64,000 nucleotides of DNA from Poseidonia sp. (GTDB taxonomy: Archaea; Thermoplasmatota; Poseidoniia; Poseidoniales; Poseidoniaceae): contig JBDQNU010000006.1 in NCBI GenBank assembly GCA_040261535.1, positions 3,033 to 67,032 on the forward strand, given 5' to 3'. The notes under the pieces were generated by a model. The model worked only from the letters and a program-made list of their open reading frames with translations. It did not search any database and was not told the DNA's origin. Numbering within the stretch: the first letter of the stretch is position 1; the number at the start of each line of letters is the position of its first letter. Positions 47,983 through 58,062 of the stretch are shown here, one piece after another. Both the position numbers and the translations under genes were made by a program.

Positions 47983-49400
47983 TCCCGTTGCCCAGGCACC
48001 TTGGCCAACATCTGCTTGGCATACTCGTCGTCGTGGGGCACGATTGCACCGTCTTTGAGCACGAGGATGTGGTCAGCAAGCCGTCTTGCTTGCGAGATGC
48101 TGTGGGTGGCCAAGACGATGCAAACACCGCCCTTTTTCAGCCGCAGGAGCTCGTCTTCGATGGTCTTGACATGCATCCAGCCCAAGTTCGCCGTGCATTC
48201 GTCAAGGAGCAGCAAAGACGGCATCAAACTCAGTTGCCGAGCAAGCACGAGGCGTTGGCGTTCTCCCCCTGACAAATCCAACGTTGACTGGTCAGCTTTC
48301 TCGTCAAGGCCAAACAAGCGGGCGTATCCGGTGGCCGATGGGGGAAGGTCAGGGAACCATCGCTTGGGGAGCATGAGTTCCGAGCCCACCGTGGACGAGA
48401 AGACCACGGGTTGCTGCTGAACATACACGCAGGCTCGAGGCCCACACACAACATCGTCGGTTTCCAGTCCCGCAAGGCTGCGCAAAAGGGTCGTCTTTCC
48501 CGCCCCGGATTCACCAATCACGGCGGTGACGGTGCCGGGAGCAAGATTTACCTCGGCCCCCTTCAACAGGTCAACACCGTTTTTGGAGACGGAGCAGGAT
48601 TTCGTCAATGTACCTTTGAATGCGTGCGGTTCGGGGAGATCGTCTCCAGTCAAAGCAACCTTGACCAGTTGTCGGCGCGTCTCAACCAAACTTGCAAGAC
48701 CCACCAAGAGCAAAGAGAGCGCAAGTAAGAGAACACCGAGCAAACCGGCGACCTCCATGTTGCCTTTCGAGGTTTCAAGCACGATGCTGGTGGTCATTAC
48801 CCTTGTCTTTCCGGCGATGTTGCCGCCGACCATGATGACCGCCCCAACTTCTGCAATCGCCCGCCCGAAAGCGATGACAACGGCATGATAAACACCGTTG
48901 CGCGCAAGGCGAATTTCCATCTTTAAGCGGGTGCGCTCACCAATCCCCAACGTCGACAAGGTATCGCTGTAGGCTTTTCCAACCCCATCAAATGCAGTCC
49001 AAGAACCACCCCAGACCAGCGGTAAAATCAGCAACGTCTGTGCAAAAATCATGGCTTCAACCGTGAACAACAAGTCCAGCGCCCCAAGCGGTCCGGACCT
49101 TGACAACATGGAATAGACGAAGACACCCACGACGACAGGGGGCAGGCTGTACAATGCCGTCAGCAGGGTCTTGAGGCGACGATACGATGCACGGGATTGA
49201 CGGGCACACCACGCTCCAAGGGGCACACCGATCAGGGTTGCCAAGAGGGTGGCCGTTCCGCTGGTGAGGAAGGTGGTTTGAACGGCCTGCCATACAGCGC
49301 CGCTATCCACCATGTATCGGCATTGTGGAGCCCCCCATGAGTTTACCGTTACCATCACCCTCAAGCACGGGTAGCCGTTCGCCGAATCATGGATGGCCAC
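47979..49400 (-). CDS. Fused ABC transporter permease plus ATP-binding protein (TupB-TupC-like fusion).
   Basis: N-terminal permease with the EAA-like loop (RNGVYHAVVIAFGRAIAEVGAVIMVGGNI). C-terminal Walker A GESGAGKT, signature LSGGERQRL, Walker B LLLLDE. Confidence 0.7.
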   Translation of the reverse strand: MAIHDSANGYPCLRVMVTVNSWGAPQCRYMVDSGAVWQAVQTTFLTSGTATLLATLIGVPLGAWCARQSRASYRRLKTLLTALYSLPPVVVGVFVYSMLSRSGPLGALDLLFTVEAMIFAQTLLILPLVWGGSWTAFDGVGKAYSDTLSTLGIGERTRLKMEIRLARNGVYHAVVIAFGRAIAEVGAVIMVGGNIAGKTRVMTTSIVLETSKGNMEVAGLLGVLLLALSLLLVGLASLVETRRQLVKVALTGDDLPEPHAFKGTLTKSCSVSKNGVDLLKGAEVNLAPGTVTAVIGESGAGKTTLLRSLAGLETDDVVCGPRACVYVQQQPVVFSSTVGSELMLPKRWFPDLPPSATGYARLFGLDEKADQSTLDLSGGERQRLVLARQLSLMPSLLLLDECTANLGWMHVKTIEDELLRLKKGGVCIVLATHSISQARRLADHILVLKDGAIVPHDDEYAKQMLAKVPGQRD

Positions 49401-49853
49401 GAGCGCTGGTTGGAACAGTGCTCAAAATTGGGCACGACGTTCCCCGCTCGCCGGTACAACGAGGGAACGCGAACGAGCGAGGATGCAGCCCTTCAACTGG
49501 GGTGCGACGTCGCCCACATTGCGAAATCCATCGTGTTTGAAGGTCCCGAGTCTCCGGTGATCGTCATCACCAGTGGCGCAAACCGGGTTGACCGAAAACG
49601 AAAACTCAAGCGGTTGCTCGGGTTCAAGCCAAGCATGGCTCAAGCGGAATACGTGCTACAACAAACCGGCTATGCCCCCGGTGGGGTGCCCCCGTTCGGC
49701 CATCTTTTTCCGTGCACGATGGTGATGGACGAAGACCTCTTTCTGTACGAATCCGTTTGGGGCGCAGCCGGATGCGCCGAAACCGTCTTTTTCGCCACAC
49801 CAAGCGAACTTCAACGCATCACAGGGGCGCTTGTGGGCGATGTCAAACAATAG
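49389..49853 (+). CDS. YbaK/ProX-type aminoacyl-tRNA deacylase.
   Basis: Family-level similarity (VAHIAKSIVFEG...GYAPGGVPPFGH). Confidence 0.6.
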   Translation: MDGHERWLEQCSKLGTTFPARRYNEGTRTSEDAALQLGCDVAHIAKSIVFEGPESPVIVITSGANRVDRKRKLKRLLGFKPSMAQAEYVLQQTGYAPGGVPPFGHLFPCTMVMDEDLFLYESVWGAAGCAETVFFATPSELQRITGALVGDVKQ

Positions 49854-51074
49854 GTGAACAGCATGAGTGAAACGCCGTATTTTATCCAACTCGACGAAGC
49901 CAGGGCTCTGTGCAGTAAGACGCCTCCTGCGTTGGCCGTGGAACACGTCAGCCTTGACAACGCCCATCAGCGAACCTTAGCCGCCGACCTGCAAAGTTTG
50001 GTGAACGACCCACCGTTTGACAATTCTTCCATGGACGGTTTTGCTTGCCGGTTTGACCCGTCGGCAACCTACCCGCTGACCCTCCGCATCTTGGGGACAC
50101 AGGCCGCAAGCGGTGAAAATCCCGAACTTTCCGTCGGTGTTGGCGACGCCGCCCGCATCATGACCGGCGCACCAATGCCCGCCGGAAGCGACGCGATTCT
50201 ACCCATCGAAATGTGCACCGTTTCCGAAGACGGAAAAAGCGTCGTTCTGAACGAAGCACCGAAGCCCCATTTTGTCCGAAAGAAGGGGGAGAATTTGCAA
50301 GAGGGCGCCACCGCTCTCATCAAAGGAAGCTACCTTTCGCCAGCGCAAGTGGGTCTGTGTGCGACGATGGGGCATGCGACCGTCCCCGTGTATCGGCGTT
50401 TGAAAATGGGCATCATCTCGACGGGCGACGAACTCAAATTCCCTGGCGAGCCGTTGCTTCACGGTGAAATCTACGAATCCAACTCCTTTGGTTTGGCGGG
50501 GCTCGTTCGGTGGTTAGGTCATGAACCGGTTCGGTACCAAGCCGTTGCGGACTCCCTCGATGGTCTGCGAGCGGCGCTTAACAAGGCCTCTGCAGAATGC
50601 GACATCGTACTGACGTCGGGCGGCGTATCCATGGGGGAATTCGATTATGTTCGTCGGATCATGGAGATGGAAGGCGAAATTCACTTTTGGCGAATGAAAA
50701 TCCGCCCAGGCTCCCCCCCGCTGTTCGGCTTGTGGAAGGGGACGCCGATCTTCGGCCTTCCCGGAAACCCCGTTTCAAGCCACGTTGTTTTCCGGATGTT
50801 GGTTGCCGATTATGTTCGCCATGCTCTTGGAAGCGACGGGCCGAAGGAATGGACGGTTCGGGCCAAACTTTGCGACCGGGTCAAATCCACCATGGATTGC
50901 GTAACGTTGCGCCGGGTTGAACTCGTTTCAACCGATGAGGGCATGATGGCCTATCAGCCAAAGCATCAGGGTTCGGGAAACCTCGATAGCCTTGCAAGCG
51001 CCAGCGGCCTTACCATGCTTCAACCGGGTGAAATCGGCGAGGTTGGCGAATGGATTGATGTGGTGGTGCTCTAG
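49854..51074 (+). CDS. moeA: Molybdopterin molybdenum/tungsten transferase MoeA.
   Basis: LTSGGVSMGEFDY and the four-domain MoeA layout. 406 aa. Confidence 0.75.
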   Translation: MNSMSETPYFIQLDEARALCSKTPPALAVEHVSLDNAHQRTLAADLQSLVNDPPFDNSSMDGFACRFDPSATYPLTLRILGTQAASGENPELSVGVGDAARIMTGAPMPAGSDAILPIEMCTVSEDGKSVVLNEAPKPHFVRKKGENLQEGATALIKGSYLSPAQVGLCATMGHATVPVYRRLKMGIISTGDELKFPGEPLLHGEIYESNSFGLAGLVRWLGHEPVRYQAVADSLDGLRAALNKASAECDIVLTSGGVSMGEFDYVRRIMEMEGEIHFWRMKIRPGSPPLFGLWKGTPIFGLPGNPVSSHVVFRMLVADYVRHALGSDGPKEWTVRAKLCDRVKSTMDCVTLRRVELVSTDEGMMAYQPKHQGSGNLDSLASASGLTMLQPGEIGEVGEWIDVVVL

Positions 51075-51083
51075 GCGGACACC

Positions 51084-51953
51084 ATGGAGGCGACGGTTGA
51101 ACAGGACGGCACGCTTCTGGAGCTCCTGAAAGAACTCCACCCCCAATCCAGTACGACCACGCTTCGCAAAATGCTCACTCAAGGGCGCGTTACCGTGAAC
51201 GCTAAGGTCGCCCACCGTGCCAAACACGAGGTTGTTGCTGGAGATATCGTCAACGTCCTCCCCCGGTCAAAAGCCGAAGAACTCACGCCACCGCCAACGT
51301 CCGCCGCCGTTGATATCGAGGTGTTGTTTGAGGACGATGCCCTGCTCGTCGTGAACAAACCGGCGAACCAATTGTCGGTTGCAACCGACCGGCTGGAAGT
51401 GGACACCTTGCACAGCCGGTGCGTGGAACACGTCAAACACGCCGATCGAAACGGGTGGTGTTTCATCGTCCATCGTCTTGATAGGGACACTTCAGGGGTG
51501 ATGGTACTCGCCAAGAGCAAAGATGCGAAGCGAGAACTTCAGGCCCAATTTGCAGACCGGAGCGTTCACCGCCTCTACATCGCACAAGTTGAAGGGCAGC
51601 CCAACCCCACATCCGGTACCGTGAGGACCTGGCTCATGGAAGATAAGCACCTGAACGTCAAAGCCGTCAATCCCGATCATCCGCAGGGAAAGGAAGCCAT
51701 CTCCCACTACAACGTCGCCTCGTCAAACGGCGACACATCGCTGGTCGAGGTTATGATCGAAACCGGCCGACGCCATCAAATCCGCATGGCCATGCAACAT
51801 CTCTGTACCCCGGTGGTCGGCGATGAAAAGCATGGCGCCACTTCGAACCCGAACGGGCGCATCATGCTCCATGCGAGTGCTTTGGAGTTCCTTCACCCGG
51901 AAACCGATGACCCCGTTCGCTTCGAAGCACCGGTTCCTCGAACCTTCGTCTAA
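51084..51953 (+). CDS. RluA-family pseudouridine synthase with an N-terminal S4-like domain.
   Basis: HRLDRDTSGVMVLAKS catalytic Asp motif. Confidence 0.7.
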   Translation: MEATVEQDGTLLELLKELHPQSSTTTLRKMLTQGRVTVNAKVAHRAKHEVVAGDIVNVLPRSKAEELTPPPTSAAVDIEVLFEDDALLVVNKPANQLSVATDRLEVDTLHSRCVEHVKHADRNGWCFIVHRLDRDTSGVMVLAKSKDAKRELQAQFADRSVHRLYIAQVEGQPNPTSGTVRTWLMEDKHLNVKAVNPDHPQGKEAISHYNVASSNGDTSLVEVMIETGRRHQIRMAMQHLCTPVVGDEKHGATSNPNGRIMLHASALEFLHPETDDPVRFEAPVPRTFV

Positions 51954-52037
51954 CCTCAAACCTCCGCCGAGGTCACCGGACGAAGGGAAGCAGGACTTGA
52001 AGAACCGTTGACCTTTGGTTGAAGTGGAGGTCGCGTT

Positions 52038-54977
52038 TTGCACCACGGTCAGCAGGGGGGTTGGATTGAGGTCAAAGGGGCTCGAACCCACAACCTCAAG
52101 GACGTCACCGTCAACCTCCCAAAGGGCAAATTTGTCGTTATTTCGGGTGTTTCAGGGTCCGGAAAATCCAGTTTGGCCTTTGACACCCTCTACGCCGAAG
52201 GCCAGCGCCGCTACGTCGAGAGCCTCTCGTCGTACGCTCGCCAATTCATTGGGCAAATGAAGAAAGCCGACTGCGATTCCATTGAAGGCCTGTCGCCCGC
52301 CATTTCCATCGACCAAAAACAAGGCAGCCATAACCCGCGGTCGACCGTTGCCACCGTCACGGAAATCCAAGATTACCTACGTCTCCTGTGGGCGAGAGTC
52401 GGAAAACCGCACTGTCCAACCTGCGGCCAGGAGGTGGCTCGGCGAACCGTCCAAGAGATCGTTGACGACGTGTTCTGGCGGATGGAAGGACACGCCGTGG
52501 CCGTCTGGAGCCCGGTGGTGCGGGCCCGAAAAGGAACCCATGTCGAGCTGTTCCGCCAACTGGTGGAGCAAGGCTATCTCAACGGGCGCGTGAATGGCCA
52601 CGAGACCTCTTTCGAGGAGCCGCCCACGCTTGACAAAAATTTCCGGCACGACATCGATGTCCGAATAGATCGGCTGCGTTGCACACGCGACCGCAGGCAG
52701 CGCTTGACGGAAGCGGTTGAGGCAGCGTTACGTCTTGGCGGCGGGACCCTCGCTGTCGAGAGCCTGGAGGCCCCCAAGGAAGGCACCAAATTGAGTCCAA
52801 ATTCAAACGCACTGCTCACCGAGCAGGGGCAAACCATCGCTTGGTCCGAAGATTTTGCCTGTCCGCAACACGGGGCCTTCATGCCTGAACTTTCGCCCCG
52901 TGTCTTTTCCTTCAATTCCCCCCTCGGTGCCTGCGGCACGTGTCAGGGGCTCGGTGTTCAACGGCAATTCAACACCGAACTCATCGTTGACGGGAGCCTC
53001 AGCGTCGCCAACGGTTGCGTTTTACCCTGGAGGCAATCCATGTCACCGTCATGGTATCGAAAATTGCTTGAGTGCACATGCGAGCACTACAACATCTCCA
53101 CGACGCTTCCCTTTGACATGCTCGATGATGACGAAAAAGACATCCTGCTCTACGGTTCGGGATCAACCGTTATTCACTACGAATTCGTTTCCGAAAACGG
53201 CTCCCAGTACAAATACAGCAAGCCTTGGGAAGGCATCGTCCCTCGTCTGGAAAAGACCTACGCCGAAACAACATCGGAGCGAACACGTACCCGACTCATC
53301 GCGTGCATGACCGACCTCGATTGTTCGGATTGCTCGGGTGAAAAATTGAACCGAGCAGCTCGGTACGTCACGGTGGGTGGCGTTCGCCTTCCCGAAGTGA
53401 GCCAATGCTCCGTTCACGACGCATTGGGACTGGTCCGCGCCTGGTCCCCCGACGGCGATGGCCCCCCGGAAGCCTTCCACGACGTGCTGGAAACCCTTGA
53501 CGAGCGGAGCATGTTCATCGGCAACGAGATCATCCGGGAAATCGAAGGGCGATTGGGCTTCCTGGACAGCGTCGGTCTGGACTACTTGACCCTCGACCGA
53601 AAGGCGAACACCCTTTCGGGAGGCGAGAGCCAACGCATTCGTCTGGCAACGCAAATCGGGAGCCGGTTGACCGGGGTGATGTACGTGCTCGACGAACCTT
53701 CCATCGGATTGCACCAACGGGACAATGACCGTTTGTTGAAGACGTTGCGGGAATTGAGCGATTTGGGCAACACTCTTCTTGTCGTGGAGCATGATGAAGA
53801 TACCCTTCGCCAAGCCGACTGGCTGTGCGACCTTGGCCCGGGAGCTGGATTGGAGGGTGGCGAGGTCGTGGCGAACGGACCGCCCGAAGAGGTCATGAAG
53901 GTCGAGGCCTCGGTGACCGGGGCGTACCTTAGCGGACGAAGGTCCATTTCGTGGCCCACAAACCGCGTAAAACCGGGCAAAAAACACCTCGTGGTCAAAG
54001 GGGCTCGTCACAACAACTTGCAAAACATCAGCGCAACGTTCCCTCTCGGATGCATGACCGCCGTCACCGGCGTCTCGGGTTCCGGAAAGTCGTCCTTGGT
54101 TTCGGGCATCCTCGCCCCCGCCTTACAACGTGCGGTGCACCGAGCAGAAACCGTCCCCGGGCGCCATTCAAGCATCGAAGGGGTTGAGCACGTGGACAAG
54201 ACCATCATCATCGACCAGTCCCCCATCGGCAGGACGCCTCGGTCAAACCCCGCCACCTACACGAAGGTGTTTGATGAAATTCGCAGTTTGTTCGCCGACA
54301 CAAAACTCGCCAAAGAGCGCGGGTACAAACCCGGACAATTCAGTTTCAACGTCAAGGGGGGCCGTTGCGAAGCGTGTTCCGGCGGAGGCTCAATCAAATT
54401 GGAGATGAACTTCCTTCCCGACGTGTGGATCACCTGCGACATCTGCGAGGGCAAGCGCTACACTCGAGAGTGCCTTGAGGTCATGTGGAAGGGCCGCAAC
54501 ATCCACGATGTGCTGGAAATGCCGGTGGCCGATGCGGTTGAATTCTTCAAGAATCACCGGAAGATTCACCGCACCCTCGAGACCCTCAATGCGGTGGGTT
54601 TGGGATACATTCGCTTGGGCCAACCTGCAACGACGCTTTCGGGCGGCGAAGCTCAGCGCGTGAAACTTGCGAGCGAACTGCGGCGTATGCCGAACAAACA
54701 CACGGTCTACATCTTGGACGAGCCCACCACGGGACTTTCCCTGAGCGATGTGGCAAAACTGATCGAGGTGCTGCACCAACTCCGAGACAAAGGTCACACG
54801 CTGGTCATCATTGAACACCAACTCGACGTCGTGAAATCGTGCGATTGGGTCATTGACTTGGGCCCCGATGGAGGTGAACGAGGCGGACAAATCATCGCCA
54901 CAGGGACGCCAGAGGCGGTGGCAGCCAACGAAAACAGTCCCACCGGACATTTCCTCGCAAAGATGCTAAACAATTGA
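52038..54977 (+). CDS. uvrA: Excinuclease ABC subunit A.
   Basis: Two ABC ATPase modules (GVSGSGKSSL twice, LSGGE signatures) with zinc-finger insertions. 979 aa. Confidence 0.9.
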   Translation: MHHGQQGGWIEVKGARTHNLKDVTVNLPKGKFVVISGVSGSGKSSLAFDTLYAEGQRRYVESLSSYARQFIGQMKKADCDSIEGLSPAISIDQKQGSHNPRSTVATVTEIQDYLRLLWARVGKPHCPTCGQEVARRTVQEIVDDVFWRMEGHAVAVWSPVVRARKGTHVELFRQLVEQGYLNGRVNGHETSFEEPPTLDKNFRHDIDVRIDRLRCTRDRRQRLTEAVEAALRLGGGTLAVESLEAPKEGTKLSPNSNALLTEQGQTIAWSEDFACPQHGAFMPELSPRVFSFNSPLGACGTCQGLGVQRQFNTELIVDGSLSVANGCVLPWRQSMSPSWYRKLLECTCEHYNISTTLPFDMLDDDEKDILLYGSGSTVIHYEFVSENGSQYKYSKPWEGIVPRLEKTYAETTSERTRTRLIACMTDLDCSDCSGEKLNRAARYVTVGGVRLPEVSQCSVHDALGLVRAWSPDGDGPPEAFHDVLETLDERSMFIGNEIIREIEGRLGFLDSVGLDYLTLDRKANTLSGGESQRIRLATQIGSRLTGVMYVLDEPSIGLHQRDNDRLLKTLRELSDLGNTLLVVEHDEDTLRQADWLCDLGPGAGLEGGEVVANGPPEEVMKVEASVTGAYLSGRRSISWPTNRVKPGKKHLVVKGARHNNLQNISATFPLGCMTAVTGVSGSGKSSLVSGILAPALQRAVHRAETVPGRHSSIEGVEHVDKTIIIDQSPIGRTPRSNPATYTKVFDEIRSLFADTKLAKERGYKPGQFSFNVKGGRCEACSGGGSIKLEMNFLPDVWITCDICEGKRYTRECLEVMWKGRNIHDVLEMPVADAVEFFKNHRKIHRTLETLNAVGLGYIRLGQPATTLSGGEAQRVKLASELRRMPNKHTVYILDEPTTGLSLSDVAKLIEVLHQLRDKGHTLVIIEHQLDVVKSCDWVIDLGPDGGERGGQIIATGTPEAVAANENSPTGHFLAKMLNN

Positions 54978-55032
54978 GAGCGCAGACTACAAAGAGCGCA
55001 TTCAACAACGGCAACATGCCCTCAAGGGCGCG

Positions 55033-58000
55033 GTGCACCGTATGCCTCTAACTCGCGTGGAAGTGACGCCTCGGCAAGGGGAAGGAATGCGCGATGTTCG
55101 TGGCGACGTCGTCCGTCGCCAACTCATGGCTGACCATGGCATTGAGGTGCAGGATGTCCGAACGGTTTGCGGGTATTTGATCGAAGGGGACACGTCCTCC
55201 GAGGCCATTGCAGCAAGGGTTGACGATGTGTTTGCCGACCCCATCATCGAACACGGAGCGACCAATGAACTGATGCTCTCTTCCGCGTTTTTCGAGACCG
55301 TTCCCGAAGGTGTCGTATCGGTGGGTTTCAAACCGGGAGTCACCGACAACCCGGGAAAGGCAGCGACCGACGGTTTTCTGACGTTGTTTCCCGACGACCG
55401 CAACGCACGCATTGCGACGTATATCACGTACGCCTTCTACGGTTTGCCCGAAGGGTGCGACCTCCAATGGCTGGCGGGAACGTTGCATAACGGCCTGATT
55501 GAACGGACTGTGGTGGCGACGGCCGAGCAGTGCACGGCGCGAGCATGGCCACAACTTGACTACCCGACGCCGCCCGAACAGGTGTTCATCGAACCCCAAC
55601 CCGTGAACCTCGAAGTCAGCGACGACGAGCTTGAATCCATTTCGACCCAAGGCCTGCTCGCCCTCAATTTGGCTGAAATGCAGGCAATTCAAGCCCACTA
55701 CCGTGACCCGCAAACCCGTGCAGTTCGAAAGGCCGCAGGCGTTTCACCGGATGCACCAACGGACGTTGAACTCGAATGCCTCGCCCAAACGTGGAGTGAG
55801 CATTGCAAGCACAAGATTTTCGCCTCAAAAATCCATCACGTTGATGAAGAGACGGGCGAAGACACGGTCATCGATTCCCTCTTCAAAACACACATCATGA
55901 AGCCAACACATGATATGCAAAACGAGGTCGACTGGCTTCTCTCGGTGTTTCACGACAACTCTGGCGTCATTGCTTGGGACGATGAATGGAGCGTATGCAT
56001 GAAAGCGGAAACCCACAACTCTCCCTCTGCGCTGGACCCTTACGGGGGAGCCATGACCGGAATTGTCGGCGTAAACCGTGACATTCTCGGCACGGGCCTG
56101 GGCGCTCGCCCCATCGCCAACACGGACGTGTTTTGCTTCGGCCCTCCCGACTGGGAAGGCGACTTGCCCGACAACCTGTTCCACCCCTCGCGGGTGCTGC
56201 GGGGCGTCCACGCAGGCGTACGCGTGGGCGGAAACGAATCTGGGATTCCAACGGTGAACGGGGCAATTGTCTTTGATGACCGCTACATTGGGAAACCGCT
56301 GGTGTACTGCGGGACCGTCGGGATCATGCCCAGAACCCTTGGGGACGGTCGCCCCTCCCACGTGAAAACCCCCGTTGCGGGGGACATCGTCTACATGGTC
56401 GGCGGGCGAGTTGGTTACGACGGCATTCACGGGGCGACGTTTTCTTCGCTTGAATTGACGGAGGAATCCCCCTCAAGCGCCGTCCAAATCGGTGACCCCA
56501 TCACCCAAAAGAAAATGCTTGACATGGTGCTTGAAGCCCGTGATGCTGGGCTGATATCATGCATTACCGACAACGGCGCAGGCGGGCTCTCGTCCTCCAT
56601 CGGAGAGATGGCAGAATACACGAACGGATGCGAAATTGACCTTGCAAAGGTTCCGCTCAAGCAAGCGGGGCTTTCCCCATGGGAAATTCTCGTTTCGGAG
56701 AGTCAAGAACGCATGACCATCGCCGTACGGCCCGAAGACCAAGCAGCGTTCGAAAGCCTCGCTCATCTCCACGAGGTCGAGGCCACTCCGGTGGCCACGT
56801 TCACGTCCACCGGCGTCTTCCATGTTCGCTACAACGAAACAACCGTAGCCTACTTGCCCATTGAATTCCTTCACGACGGCGTGCCGCAACTCGAACTTGA
56901 ATCGGCTTGGGCGCCTCCTGAACACCTTCCATTTGCCCCACCGAAGGACGCCGATCACAACCGGTTGCTGTTGGGGATGCTTCAACGCCCGAACATCGCC
57001 AGCAAGGAAACATGGGTTCGTCAGTACGACCATGAGGTCATCGCCCAAACCGCCGTGAAACCTTTCGTCGGTGTTGAGCGGGACGGACCGGGCGACGCGG
57101 GCCTCATCGCACCGCTCCACGGCAACCCCCACGGACTGGTCATCTCCTGCGGCATTGCGCCGCGATACTCGGACATCGATGCTGGGGCCATGGCCGCTGC
57201 CGCCATTGACGAAGCGGTTCGTAACGCCGTCTGCGTGGGGCTTGATGTTGACAAAATGGCGGGTTTGGACAACTTCTGTTGGCCCGACCCCATTGAGTCT
57301 ACCAAAACCCCCGACGGCCGGTTCAAACTCGCCCAACTCGTGCGAGCCAACCGGGAACTGGAACGCGTCTGCCGAGCCTATCGCTTGCCGTGCGTCAGCG
57401 GAAAGGATTCCATGAAAAACGACTACGGCTCGGGCCCGGACAAGATTTCCATCCCCCCAACCCTCCTGTTTTCGCTCTTTGGCGACCACCCCGATGTCCG
57501 CTTCACGGCCACGAGCGACTTCAAACAGGCCGGCGATCGGGTGTACCTAGTGGGGTCGTCCCGCCAAGAATTGGGCGCTTCGGAAGTGGCCTTCATGCTG
57601 ACCGAATCCGGGGCATCGCCCGGCATTGGTGGAACGGTCCCGCAACTGAACCACCCCCAAGACAACCTCGCGACGTACAGGGTTCTTGCCAACACCATCC
57701 GGCAAGGTTTGGTTCGAACAGCTCACGATTGCAGCGAAGGGGGCCTTGCCGTTGCGCTGGCTGAGATGTGCATTGGTGGGCGGCTCGGTGCTGAAATTGA
57801 TGTGGACGGCACCGGCGAAGGCGACCTTTGGGGCCGACTTTGGGGCGAATCCTTGGGACGCATCGTCGTTGCCGTGGCCCCCGAAAACGACGAAACGTTC
57901 CGCACGGCCATGAAAGGTCATCCGCTCACGGTCCTCGGGAACGTGAACGAGACGGACGCTCTGGTGGTCGTGGACGGCGATGAGGAACTCATCGCCTCAC

Positions 58001-58062
58001 CGGTCGATGCCCTTGTTGAGGCTTGGAAAGGGACGTTGGATTTGACGGGAGGTGTTGCCTGA
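55033..58062 (+). CDS. purL: Phosphoribosylformylglycinamidine synthase, PurS-PurL fusion (FGAM synthase II with N-terminal PurS domain).
   Basis: N-terminal ~80 aa PurS-like domain, then the PurL AIR-synthase-related repeats. 1009 aa. Confidence 0.85.
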   Translation: MHRMPLTRVEVTPRQGEGMRDVRGDVVRRQLMADHGIEVQDVRTVCGYLIEGDTSSEAIAARVDDVFADPIIEHGATNELMLSSAFFETVPEGVVSVGFKPGVTDNPGKAATDGFLTLFPDDRNARIATYITYAFYGLPEGCDLQWLAGTLHNGLIERTVVATAEQCTARAWPQLDYPTPPEQVFIEPQPVNLEVSDDELESISTQGLLALNLAEMQAIQAHYRDPQTRAVRKAAGVSPDAPTDVELECLAQTWSEHCKHKIFASKIHHVDEETGEDTVIDSLFKTHIMKPTHDMQNEVDWLLSVFHDNSGVIAWDDEWSVCMKAETHNSPSALDPYGGAMTGIVGVNRDILGTGLGARPIANTDVFCFGPPDWEGDLPDNLFHPSRVLRGVHAGVRVGGNESGIPTVNGAIVFDDRYIGKPLVYCGTVGIMPRTLGDGRPSHVKTPVAGDIVYMVGGRVGYDGIHGATFSSLELTEESPSSAVQIGDPITQKKMLDMVLEARDAGLISCITDNGAGGLSSSIGEMAEYTNGCEIDLAKVPLKQAGLSPWEILVSESQERMTIAVRPEDQAAFESLAHLHEVEATPVATFTSTGVFHVRYNETTVAYLPIEFLHDGVPQLELESAWAPPEHLPFAPPKDADHNRLLLGMLQRPNIASKETWVRQYDHEVIAQTAVKPFVGVERDGPGDAGLIAPLHGNPHGLVISCGIAPRYSDIDAGAMAAAAIDEAVRNAVCVGLDVDKMAGLDNFCWPDPIESTKTPDGRFKLAQLVRANRELERVCRAYRLPCVSGKDSMKNDYGSGPDKISIPPTLLFSLFGDHPDVRFTATSDFKQAGDRVYLVGSSRQELGASEVAFMLTESGASPGIGGTVPQLNHPQDNLATYRVLANTIRQGLVRTAHDCSEGGLAVALAEMCIGGRLGAEIDVDGTGEGDLWGRLWGESLGRIVVAVAPENDETFRTAMKGHPLTVLGNVNETDALVVVDGDEELIASPVDALVEAWKGTLDLTGGVA

